Source of the DNA: Desulfatiglandales bacterium
GTDB taxonomy: Bacteria; Desulfobacterota; DSM-4660; Desulfatiglandales; Desulfatiglandaceae
Direction: 5' to 3'
NCBI GenBank assembly: GCA_963662465.1
Contig: OY759599.1
Location: 7,744,001-7,808,000, forward strand
Length of the DNA: 64,000 nt
The notes below the pieces were generated by a model. That model ran no database searches. It was not told the origin of the DNA and worked only from the letters and a program-made list of their open reading frames with translations. Each line of letters begins with the position of its first letter. Position 1 is the first letter of the stretch. Shown here in pieces: positions 40,001-49,600 of this stretch. The position numbers and the translations under genes are program-made.

Positions 40001-43000
40001 ACGCGGTTACGCAGGCTGACCATCAGGACACAATGATGCGGGAATCAACAGATGAATCTATGAAACGCCTTCAGGCGGGCATGGTGGCCCTTCAGAAACT
40101 TCAGGAAGAAACCGCGCGTCTGCACGGCAAGTTCCTTGAAGGACAGCAGGCCGCCACCCGGATGCTGGCGTCCCTTTTGGGCAACTCTCAGGCCGATGTC
40201 CATTCATCGGCGAAAATCGAAAAATCACCCGAATCGGGGATGGCTGAAATCCGAAAGGCCGAGAATCCACCTGACGTTGAAATGCCGTTGGACCCCGTCG
40301 TTTCAAGGAAAAGATGTGCTGAAGCCGCGGTCTGTATGCGAGAGAAAATCCGCAATCCGCAATCCGCAATCCGCAATTCAAGGGAGCCCCATCTTCGAAG
40401 CGTTTTATTCGGGGTGGTATCGGAAACGACGGGATACCCGGTTGAGATGCTTGAACCCGACATGACGCTGGATCATGATCTTGGGATCGACTCCATCAAG
40501 CGGGTGGAGATTTTTTCGATACTGCGTGACAGGCTGCCCGATGCGCCTGAAATAGAGCCTAAGCATCTTGGTGAACTGGAATCCCTGCGGGACATCGTGA
40601 ATCATCTGGTTGCGGGCAGCGCTGCCGACGGTGAAGGGCGAGATGGAGATCAGGACGTTTCCATTGCACAACCCGTGGAAATTAACGGCAAGGCGACCAA
40701 TGCGATTCTGGAGATTCTTCTGGGGGTCGTTTCGGAAACGACGGGATACCCGGTTGAGATGCTTGAATCTGACATGACCCTTGATCAAGACCTTGGGATC
40801 GATTCCATCAAACGGGTGGAGATTTTTTCGATACTGCGTGACAGGTTGCCCGAAGCGCCTGAAATAGAACCTAAACATCTTGGTGAATTAGAATCCTTGC
40901 GGGATATCGTGAATCATCTGGCCGCGGGCAGCGCTGTTTCCGGTGAAGGGCGAGACGGAGATCGGGATGTTTCCATTGCACAAGCGGTGGAATCAAACAG
41001 GGACGCGACTGACGAGATCCTTAAAGTTCTTCTGGGGGTGGTATCAGAAACAACGGGATACCCGGTGGAGATGCTTGAACCCGACATGACGCTGGATCAT
41101 GACCTTGGGATCGACTCCATCAAGCGGGTGGAGATATTTTCGATTTTGCGGGAGAAGCTGCCCGATGCGCCTGAAATAGAACCTAAGCATCTTGGTGAAC
41201 TGGAATCCTTGCAGGATATCGTGGACCATCTGGTTTCGGGCGTTAAAAAAAATGAGGTAGCCCAAAATAGTGTTTTGAATGCGGATGTGTCCAACGAACC
41301 CGTGAAATGCGCGCCTGCTTCCTCCGATGTTTTTAGAATGGTGGTTTCCTGCGAACCCGTGGCAACTGTTTCTTCCGACGCCGTGCAAATATCCAAGGCC
41401 GGCCCCTTCTGGATTACCCGGGATGATCGTGGACTTTGTGCGGCCCTTCAAGATCGGTTGCATGATTTGGGCTATGAAACGGTTCCCATTTCTTTTGGGG
41501 ACCTGGATCAATTGACGCCGCCCGATTCTCTGGCCGGTTTGATGATTCTTGGGGCTGAGGATACGGACGATCGTTTTATCGCAAACGCTTTTGAACTCCT
41601 TCGCATTGCTGAAAAGAGCCTTCGAAAGACCCAAAAAGATGGGATGTCGCGGTTTGTTACGGTGTCGTTCATGGATGGCAAATTCGGGTTTGGCACCCCT
41701 GCAAAAGAAATGGCGCCGACCCAGGGAGGGCTCGCGGGGCTTTCAAAAACCGCCGGGCATGAATGGCCGGAGGTCGGGTGTCTGGCCCTTGATATGGGCG
41801 CATTTGACGCCAACGAGGAAACGGCGGCGGCAATTGTCTCTGAAATATTCAGGGCGGGTCCCGTGGAAAGGGGGCTTGGCAAAGATCATCTCATTACCTT
41901 GAAACTGGTTCCCAGTCCGCTTAAACGCCTGGAAAAACAGGGCGTTTCCATGCTTAACCCGGATGATGTGGTGATTGTGTCGGGGGGCGCCAGGGGGGTT
42001 ACCGCGGAAGTAACGGCCGCCGTTGCCAAGGCATATGGCCCGGTGATCATACTCCTCGGAAGAAGTCCGGGGCCGGAAAATGAATCCGACCTGCTCGAAC
42101 ACCTGGCGTCTGACTCGGAAATCAAACGCGCTATCCTGGCGGCCGGATCCGGCAACATGACCCCCAAAGAGCTTGAGAATGATTTCAGGAAGGTGATGGC
42201 CAACCGGGAGATCCATCGAAACATTGAACGGTTGACGGGCTTTGGCGCCAAGGTTCAATACCATTCGGTCGACATCCGGGACCGTTTGGCGGTTGCCGAT
42301 GTGTTGGCGCGGGTCAGAGACGAATTCGGCAAAATAACCGCCGTGATTCATGGGGCGGGGGTTCTGGAAGACCGTTTGATCGGGGATAAAACCGTTGCGC
42401 AGTTTGAAAAGGTCTATGGCACCAAGGTCCGGGGATTAAGAAATCTACTTTCCGCAACCGAGTCGGATGATCTGAAGATGATCGCCCTGTTTTCCTCTTC
42501 CTCCGCCCGGTTTGGAAGAAAAGGCCAGATCGATTATGCGGCGGCAAACGAGGTGTTGAATAAGATGGCCCGGGAGGCGGCGAGAAAAAGGCCTGGGTGC
42601 CGAACGGTCGCTTTCAACTGGGGACCCTGGGATGGGGGGATGGTGACGCAGGTTCTCAAACCGCTGTTTAAGGAAGAGGGGATTGACCTGATCAGCAAAA
42701 AGGCGGGATCCGGGTATTTTATTGACGAATTCGAATCCGGCGTAAAAGGTCCCGTTGAGGTAGTCGTCATGGGGGGGCCGTTGGATGCCTCCTTTGGGTT
42801 GGATCTTAGTCTGGAGCATTATCCCATCCTGCGGGATCACGTGATGAACGGGAATGCGGTACTCCCCGCGGCCCTCATGATGGAATGGCTGGCTCAGGGG
42901 GCGCTCAAAAACAACCCGGGATACCGCTTTGTGGGCTTTGACGACTTCAGGGTTTTGAAGGGGATTATCATGAAAAATGGTGATTCGCAACATATCGAGA

Positions 43001-43635
43001 TCACGGCGGGACGTCTTTCAGCCAACAATGGAACCCTCTCCATAACCGCGGAGATTCGGGGAAATGTCAAGGGGGTCATCCCGGCATTGCATGCCTCGGC
43101 AAATGTCATTCTTTCAGAAAAGGCGCCCGACAACGAAAACGGCCGGATTCAGCTGGGGGACTTGAAGTCATATGCCCCCGTGAACGGAACGATTTACAAT
43201 GATGCCCTTTTTCACGGAAAGCGCCTGCAAAACATCCTTTCGGCCCAATGGCGCGGCGATGACATGATGATGGTGGATCTAAGCCCTACCGATGCCCCCT
43301 CCGCGTGGATGGACAGTGGGATTCAAAGCCGCTGGATCGCGGATCCCGGCGCTATCGACGGCGGTTTTCAGGCCATGATCCTCTGGAGTTTTCAACAGTA
43401 CAGCGTGGGTTCTCTTCCCCATAAAATCGGAAAATACCGGCAGTTCAAACGGCAATTTCCACCGGACGGGGTTCGGGCGGCAGTACGGGTAAAGGAAAGA
43501 AGCGAGTCCCGGGCGGTTGCGGATATCGAGTTTTTGGACAAAACATCGGATGAATTGGTGGCCCGTATTGAAGACTACGAGTGTACCCTTGATGCCTCCT
43601 TAAATGAAGCGTTCAGACGCCATGTGCTGGGATGA
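37093..43635 (+). CDS. pfaA: PfaA-like iterative FAS/PKS: KS-MAT-ACPx3-KR-DH
   Basis: DAACASS/HGTGT/GHAK (KS); GHSYG/AFHS (AT); three LGIDSIKRVE (ACP); GGARGVT/YAAAN (KR); DHVMNGNAVLP (DH). GTGA overlap with pfaD. Confidence 0.95.
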   Translation: MKTIKNNKKNAAITGCEPIAVIGIGCIFPRANNHGAYWANLKNGVDAIRDIPEGHWRIDDYYSADPSSQDHTHAKRGGFLSPIDFVPLEFGITPNAIEATDTSQLLGMVAAKQALLDAGYNDADRYDKDRVSVILGVTGALELTITLGARLGHPKWRKALRDEGLDDALSAKIINRISEQYVPWQENSFPGLLGNVVAGRIANYLDLGGTNCVVDAACASSFSAIHLAIMELQTGRADMAISGGIDTFNDVFMYTCFGKTMALSPTSDAKPFDKDADGTILGEGIGIVVLKCLKDAKRDKDNIYAVIRAIGTSSDGKGKAIYAPSAQGQVKAIRRAYRLADVDPSTIDLLEAHGTGTKVGDAVEVKAITEVYQNGAGAPWCAIGSVKSQIGHAKAAAGAAGLIKAALALHHKVLPPTIKVTTPTPALRDNSPFYINQVPKPWVRRPEHPRRAAVSAFGFGGSNFHCVLEEYDAEKTASDFDGATEILAVSADTPKGLMGALDGIHPGSSWEDLSRLFKKMRAGFNAQHPYRLTAVIKEDDDMDALMTRIGKTLESEPNDCRWSLPEGVYFGLDAFKGKLGFLFPGQGSQYVGMLREMSCQFPQMLSSLEAADLALREKTPLKTRISDIIYPPYAFTEDEKKARQLALRSTDMAQPAIGAVSAGLCKVLASFGVRPDVVAGHSYGEVVALFAAKILDEQSLFDISVLRGMLMDSGRSDGGGMVAVIASLRKVEAVLRETGLDVVIANKNAPNQVVLSGDKPDLERAKVEFKKRKIPCKSLPVANAFHSRAVSDAAGEFLEGLKKIAFSKGEIPVFSNTTGRKYSATAGAARELLANQLAKPVDFMSMIQNMYADGVRTFVEVGPGAVLKGLVSSILGDKAHVCLGLDSHSSKQSGVVAFARVLAYLSAQGYPVDLNQWNMNLKDAEPFASIKPKMTVPISGVNHVSKRVLTPPEPKTKLIQSKPQPGPGTHAVTQADHQDTMMRESTDESMKRLQAGMVALQKLQEETARLHGKFLEGQQAATRMLASLLGNSQADVHSSAKIEKSPESGMAEIRKAENPPDVEMPLDPVVSRKRCAEAAVCMREKIRNPQSAIRNSREPHLRSVLFGVVSETTGYPVEMLEPDMTLDHDLGIDSIKRVEIFSILRDRLPDAPEIEPKHLGELESLRDIVNHLVAGSAADGEGRDGDQDVSIAQPVEINGKATNAILEILLGVVSETTGYPVEMLESDMTLDQDLGIDSIKRVEIFSILRDRLPEAPEIEPKHLGELESLRDIVNHLAAGSAVSGEGRDGDRDVSIAQAVESNRDATDEILKVLLGVVSETTGYPVEMLEPDMTLDHDLGIDSIKRVEIFSILREKLPDAPEIEPKHLGELESLQDIVDHLVSGVKKNEVAQNSVLNADVSNEPVKCAPASSDVFRMVVSCEPVATVSSDAVQISKAGPFWITRDDRGLCAALQDRLHDLGYETVPISFGDLDQLTPPDSLAGLMILGAEDTDDRFIANAFELLRIAEKSLRKTQKDGMSRFVTVSFMDGKFGFGTPAKEMAPTQGGLAGLSKTAGHEWPEVGCLALDMGAFDANEETAAAIVSEIFRAGPVERGLGKDHLITLKLVPSPLKRLEKQGVSMLNPDDVVIVSGGARGVTAEVTAAVAKAYGPVIILLGRSPGPENESDLLEHLASDSEIKRAILAAGSGNMTPKELENDFRKVMANREIHRNIERLTGFGAKVQYHSVDIRDRLAVADVLARVRDEFGKITAVIHGAGVLEDRLIGDKTVAQFEKVYGTKVRGLRNLLSATESDDLKMIALFSSSSARFGRKGQIDYAAANEVLNKMAREAARKRPGCRTVAFNWGPWDGGMVTQVLKPLFKEEGIDLISKKAGSGYFIDEFESGVKGPVEVVVMGGPLDASFGLDLSLEHYPILRDHVMNGNAVLPAALMMEWLAQGALKNNPGYRFVGFDDFRVLKGIIMKNGDSQHIEITAGRLSANNGTLSITAEIRGNVKGVIPALHASANVILSEKAPDNENGRIQLGDLKSYAPVNGTIYNDALFHGKRLQNILSAQWRGDDMMMVDLSPTDAPSAWMDSGIQSRWIADPGAIDGGFQAMILWSFQQYSVGSLPHKIGKYRQFKRQFPPDGVRAAVRVKERSESRAVADIEFLDKTSDELVARIEDYECTLDASLNEAFRRHVLG
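40347..40374 (+). repeat. (AATCCGC)4 heptamer tandem repeat within pfaA
   Basis: aatccgc aatccgc aatccgc aatccgc aatt; encodes KIRNPQSAIRNS. Confidence 0.95.
40400..41235 (+). repeat. Three tandem ACP-coding repeats, 312-bp period
   Basis: tc(g/a)gaaac(g/a)acgggatacccgg at 40420, 40732 and 41044; near-identical DNA. Confidence 0.95.
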
Positions 43636-46600
43636 AAAACAATCAACCGATAGCGATTATTGGCATGGGTGGGGTTTTTCCGGACGCTCCGAATCCGAAA
43701 AAACTCTGGGAAAACATTTTAGAGAAACGAAATTCCTCCCGTGAAGCGCCCCCCGGGCGCTGGGTGATTCCCCCTGACAGGGCGTATGATCCAAAACCCG
43801 GCGTGGTGGACAGGGTATACACGACGCGTGGATGTTTTATCGATGAAGTTCATGTGGATATTGCGGGCCTTGATATTCATCCGGATTTCCTGAATCGTCT
43901 GGACCCGCTTTTTCACCTTCTCCTCATGGCGGGCAAACAGGCCTTTGATGATGCGCATATCCAGGGGGAGGACCACCGGAGGACCGGGGTGATTCTCGGG
44001 AACCTGGTGTTGCCCACCGATGCCTTATCCGCCATCGCCGAAGAAACGCTTTTTCGCACTTTTGAAGAAAAACGCCTTCCCGGAAATCAACGTCGCCGTT
44101 ATCCTGGAACCGATCCCCTGAATGCATACGGCGCGGGGTTGCCGGCGGGAATCCTGTCAAAGGCTCTGGGACTTGGGGGGGACAGTTTTACCCTGGATGC
44201 GGCGTGTGCCTCTTCCTTGTACGCTATGAAACTCGCCGTTGACGAACTTTCCGCCGGCAGGGCCGATACCATGCTCTGCGGCGGCGTTTCCCGACCCAGT
44301 TGCCTTTATACCCAGATGGGTTTTTCCCAGCTGAGAGCCATTTCCCCCAGTGGGCGGAGCGCGCCCTTTGATGCCGACGGCGATGGTCTGGTGGTAGGGG
44401 AGGGCGCGGGGATTTTTGTGCTGAAACGCCTTTCCGACGCCCTCGTTGAGAATCGCAACATCTATGCTGTCATACGCGGTATCGGGCTGTCAAACGATAT
44501 GGGCGGCAGATTGCTGGCCCCCACCTCGGAAGGGCAGCTCAGGGCCATGCGGTCTGCCTATGAAGAAGCGGGCTGGCATCCCCATGATGTGGACCTCATC
44601 GAGTGTCATGCCACCGGGACCCTTGTGGGGGATGCGGTTGAATTCGAGAGTTTGGAAACCCTTTGGGAAGGTGCTGCCGGGGACTCGTCTTGCGTGTTGG
44701 GTTCGGTTAAATCGAACATCGGTCATCTGCTGACGGCGGCAGGCGCCGCGGCATGCATGAAGACCATTTTTGCCCTCCGGGAGAAGACCTTGCCGCCATC
44801 GGCCAATTTTAACAAGGCCCAAAAATCCTTTGAAATAGAAAAAACGCCCTTCACGATCCTTAAATCGCCCAGGCCATGGAACATACGGAATCAAAATGCC
44901 ACCCGGAAGGCTGCGGTGAGCGCTTTTGGGTTCGGTGGGATCAATGCCCACGTTCTGCTTGAAGAGTGGATGGGCACGGCGGAAGATGTTGCTTCGACGG
45001 TGCATCGGGATTTCAGGGCTGACCCGCCGGATGTGGCGGTTATCGGCATGGACGCCCATTTCGGGAAATTGGACAGCCTGGAATCCTTCAAGCAATGTGT
45101 ATTAAAGGGGCTGGCGCCGGCACCCGAAGCCCCCCACAACGCCTGGGGCGTTTATGAGGCAAAATGGTTTAATGAGGCTGGATCATCCCTGCGTCCCTCG
45201 GGTTTCTTTATGGATGAGATCGAACTTCCCACCGGGCTTTTCCGGATTCCCCCGAAAGAACTCTCTGAGATGCTTCCCCAGCAACTGCTGATGCTGAAGA
45301 CGGCCATGGGCGCATGGGTGGACGCAAAACCCGGAAACCAAAAAAATACCCGTGCCGGCGCTTTCATCGGGATTGGGCTTGATCCCAATACCACCAATTA
45401 TCATGTGAGGTGGCTTGTTGAACAAAACGGCGCAAAATGGGCTCAGGAGCTGGACCCTGAAACGAATCATGAAAAATGGCTTTCAGCGCTTCGTGATGCC
45501 GCGGGTTCGGGTCTCACGGCCAACCGCACCATGGGAGGGCTGGGCAGTGTTATTGCCAGCCGGATTGCCAGGGAACTGGGCATGGGAGGTCCCGCTTTTA
45601 CGGTTTCAAGCGAAGAAACTTCAGGGATCAATGCTCTCAAAACCGCTGTAAGGGCGCTTCAAAACGGCTTGATCGATCGGGCCCTGGTGGGCGCTGTGGA
45701 AATGACGGGAGATGTGCGATCCCTCTTGAGTCGGAGGGCCCTCCGGCCCTTTTCCAGGTCTGGAACGATACGCATATTTGATGTGGATTCCGACGGAACC
45801 ATCATGGGTGAAGGCGCCGGGGCTGTCGTCCTTAAACGTCTTTCGGACGCTGTTCGGGACAAGGACAGAATTTATTGCGTCATCAAGGGGATCGGTGCTT
45901 CAGCGGGCGGGAAAACCGAAGATCTGCTGCCGGATATCCCTTCATATTTGTCTTCCATGAAAAAGGCCTGTGATGAAGGGCATTGCCTTCCGGAACGCTT
46001 GGGATATGTGGAAACCCATGGAAGCGGTTATCCTGCCGAAGACAGGATGGAAATGGAAGCCCTGGTTTCATATTTCGGTGCATCGGATAAACTTCATGGG
46101 CCGGGCGTCCGGGAAGTTTCGGGACGGCAAGTTGTTTTTGGCAGCGTAAAAGGGAACATCGGCCATACGGGCGCGGCATCGTCTATGGCATCCTTTATCA
46201 AGGCCGCCCTTTGCGTGTACCATGAAATTCTGCCGCCGCTGAAAGCCGCGGAAAATCCCATCGGGGAATTGGCTGAACCGGGTCTCCTTATCCCTTCCAC
46301 GCCCCGTTATTGGCTGCATGATCGTGCTGACGGTCCTCGAAGAGCCCTTGTCAGCGCTTTCAGCATCATCGGCAATTGTGCGCATGTCCTGCTGGAGGCA
46401 TTCGAACCGGAAGCCCCGTTGTTGACGGAGGTTCTAAAACGTGCGCCCCTGGGCCCGAGGGACGAAGGGTTGTTTGTGGTTGGCGCCGATACTCACGGGG
46501 GCATCTTTAACGGGCTTGATCATTTCCGTAAATTTCTTCAAAGCGACCCCGGCGTTTCCGCTTCGAACATGGAGGCGCTTGCCCGGTTGTGGTGGCGGCA

Positions 46601-49600
46601 TCAGAAACGTTCCCGGCTTTCGGCAACCTTTATCGCTCGAAACAGAGGAGAACTTCTGAAACAGATCTCCCAGTTTCAAAAGACCATCCAGGCAAATCCT
46701 CATCAACGGGTGGGTTACGAGCGGTCGTCCATTCCCGATGCATCGTTTCAGGACCGGGTTTTTTACAATCCTCAACCCCCGGTATCCGGGAACGGCAACA
46801 GGATCTGTTTCGTGTTCCCCGGTTCCGGGAACACTTTTTCCCATATGGGTCGGGAATTATTTGTTCAGTGGCCGGAAATCCTGAGACGGCAGCATCAGGA
46901 GAATCTCTACCTGCGGGGTCAATATCGTCCCGATTGTTTCTGGGACATTGAAAAGGGGCATGAAGATGCCGTCTCCCAAAAGCGCTGCGACCGCAGAGCC
47001 ATGATATTCGGTCATGTTTCACTTTGCACGGGGATCAGCGACCTGGTTCAAACCTTCGGCATCAAACCGAATTTCGTTGTGGGCTACAGTCTGGGGGAAA
47101 CCGCCGGGCTTTTCGCCTTGAGAGCGTGGTCAGGCAGGGATGAAATGCTGAGGAAAATCCAAGAATCGACCCTGTTTACCAAAGAATTGGCGGGAGAATT
47201 CCGGGCTGCCCGAAGGCACTGGAAATGGCCCTGGAACAAAAAGCTTGACTGGGTGTTGTTTACCATAGACCGGTCCATGGGTACTTTAAAAGACATGCTG
47301 AAAAAACATGAGCATGTCTATCCGTTGATCTCAAATACGGACCGGGAATGCGTCATCGGCGGTGAACGTGGGGCGGTTGAGGCGTTCATCCATGCCATTG
47401 GCTGCAGGCATGTGCCCATTGAGGGCGTCTCAATCGCCCACTGTGAAGTCTTAAAGGAAGTTGAAGGACCCTACCGGGAATTGCATCTACAGGAAACCAT
47501 TGCGCCCCCCCACATAAAATTTTACAGCGGCGCCCAAGGCAAATCTTATGATGTCACCCGGGAGTCGGCGGCTGATGCCATTCTCTCCCACGCCCTCAAG
47601 GGTGTCGATTTTGTCAAAACCATTAAAACTGCCCATGATGACGGGGCAAGGGTATTTCTGGAAATGGGTCCAGGCGCTTCCTGCACCCGGATGATTCATC
47701 ATATCCTCCACGGACGGCCCCATGTTGCAAGGTCATTTTGTATCCAGGGGCAGGACCCGTACTCTCTGATACTGCGGGGTCTGGGGCAATGCATTGCAGA
47801 GGGCATTCCGGTCAATATGGAGGGGTTGTACGGTCAGGATTTTCACCCGGCGACCCAAAAGGAAAGCGATGAGCCCCACGGTTCACCGACTATCCGAATA
47901 AAAACAGGCGGGAAGCCCTTTGTTATGCCGAAATTGATGGGGGCTGCTCAAAAAGAGACGGTCAGCACCTTTGAACCAAAGGGGTTCGCGGACCCAATGG
48001 GAAAATCGACTGAACCTGATGAACTGATCGAGCAGTTTACCCAAACCGAGCAGGCAAAGATGGATGCCCACGGAAGGTACTTGCAATTCGCATCCGAAAT
48101 AACCGAGGCCATGGCGGATAATCTGGCAAAACAGCTTGCGATTCTTAAAAAATCCCGGGGTGGAACCGCCCTAACCGTTCCGGACGAACCGTCCGGAAGC
48201 CTGACCCGGGAGCAGTGCCTGGAGTATGCAATCGGATCTATTGCAACGGTGTTTGGTGCAAAATATGCGGAAATCGACGGGTATCCCACCCGTGTCCGCC
48301 TTCCGGACGAACCCTTGATGCTGGTGGACAGGGTCGTTTCCATCGAAGGCGAACCTTTGGTCTTGGGTCCTTTACGAATCATCACCGAGCATCATGTCAG
48401 GAACGGGGCATGGTATCTTGATTCGGGGAGGATGCCCATCTGCATCACCGTGGAGGCCGGTCAGGCGGATCTGATGCTCTCCGGCTTTGCGGGGATCGAT
48501 TTCCATACCAGGGGGTTGGCCGTGTACCGGCTCCTGGATGCGGATATTGCCTTTCACCGGCATTTACCCCTGCCGGGCGAGACCATTCGCTATGATATCC
48601 GGATAAAGCGATTCTTTATGTTGAACGGCACTCATTTCTTTAATTTTGAATATGATGGAACCATTGACAATGTGCCCTTGTTGACCATGAGAAACGGCTG
48701 TGCCGGTTTTTTTACGGAAGAGGCCCTTGCCGCGGGAAGGGGATTAACCCATCATCGTCTGAGCAGCGGCTCAAAAAAGGGTAAAGTGGATCCGGGGTGG
48801 CGGGAATTGACCCCCATGAAAGTTGAATCCTATGATGAAACGCAGCTGGACGCCCTTCGGCGGGGTGATTTGGCGGCGTGCTTCGGTCCCGCATTTGATA
48901 AATCCTTAGGGTTGCGGCATCCCCTGGGCATACCGGGGGGCAGGATGAAGCTGGTGGACCGTATTGTGAAAATAGATCCGAAGGGCGGTCGTTACGGCCT
49001 CGGGTTCATTCGGGCCGAAGCCGATATTCACCCTGACGACTGGTTTTTGAGGTGCCATTTTGTGGATGACCCCGTCATGCCGGGGACCCTCATGTATGAA
49101 TGCTGCATGCATACCCTCAGGATTTTTCTGTTGAGGATGGGCTGGGTGGCCGAAAGCAGCGAAGTCTCTCTTGAACCGGTTCAAGCGGTCGCGAGCCGGT
49201 TGAAATGCAGGGGTCAGGTGCTTCAAACCACATCCGTTGTCACCTACGAAATTACCATCAAAGAGTTGGGTATCCACCCTGAACCCTACGTCATTGCCGA
49301 CGCCGGCATGTATGCGGATGGAAAATATATCGTCCATATGGAAAACATGTCCATCCGAATGGCGGGGATCTCCTTTGAAAAACTGGCGGCCTCATGGCAA
49401 CCGGAATCGAAAAAGGATCAAGTACCGCAAAAATTCAAACCGGCGGTTTATGATGAAAGCCGGATTATCGCCTTTACCCAGGGGAAACCCTCCGCGGCGT
49501 TCGGCGCCCCGTACAAAATATTTGATGAAAAACGCCGTATCGCCCGCCTGCCGAGAGCCCCGTATCAATTTCTGGATCGCATTACCCATGTGGTGGGAGA

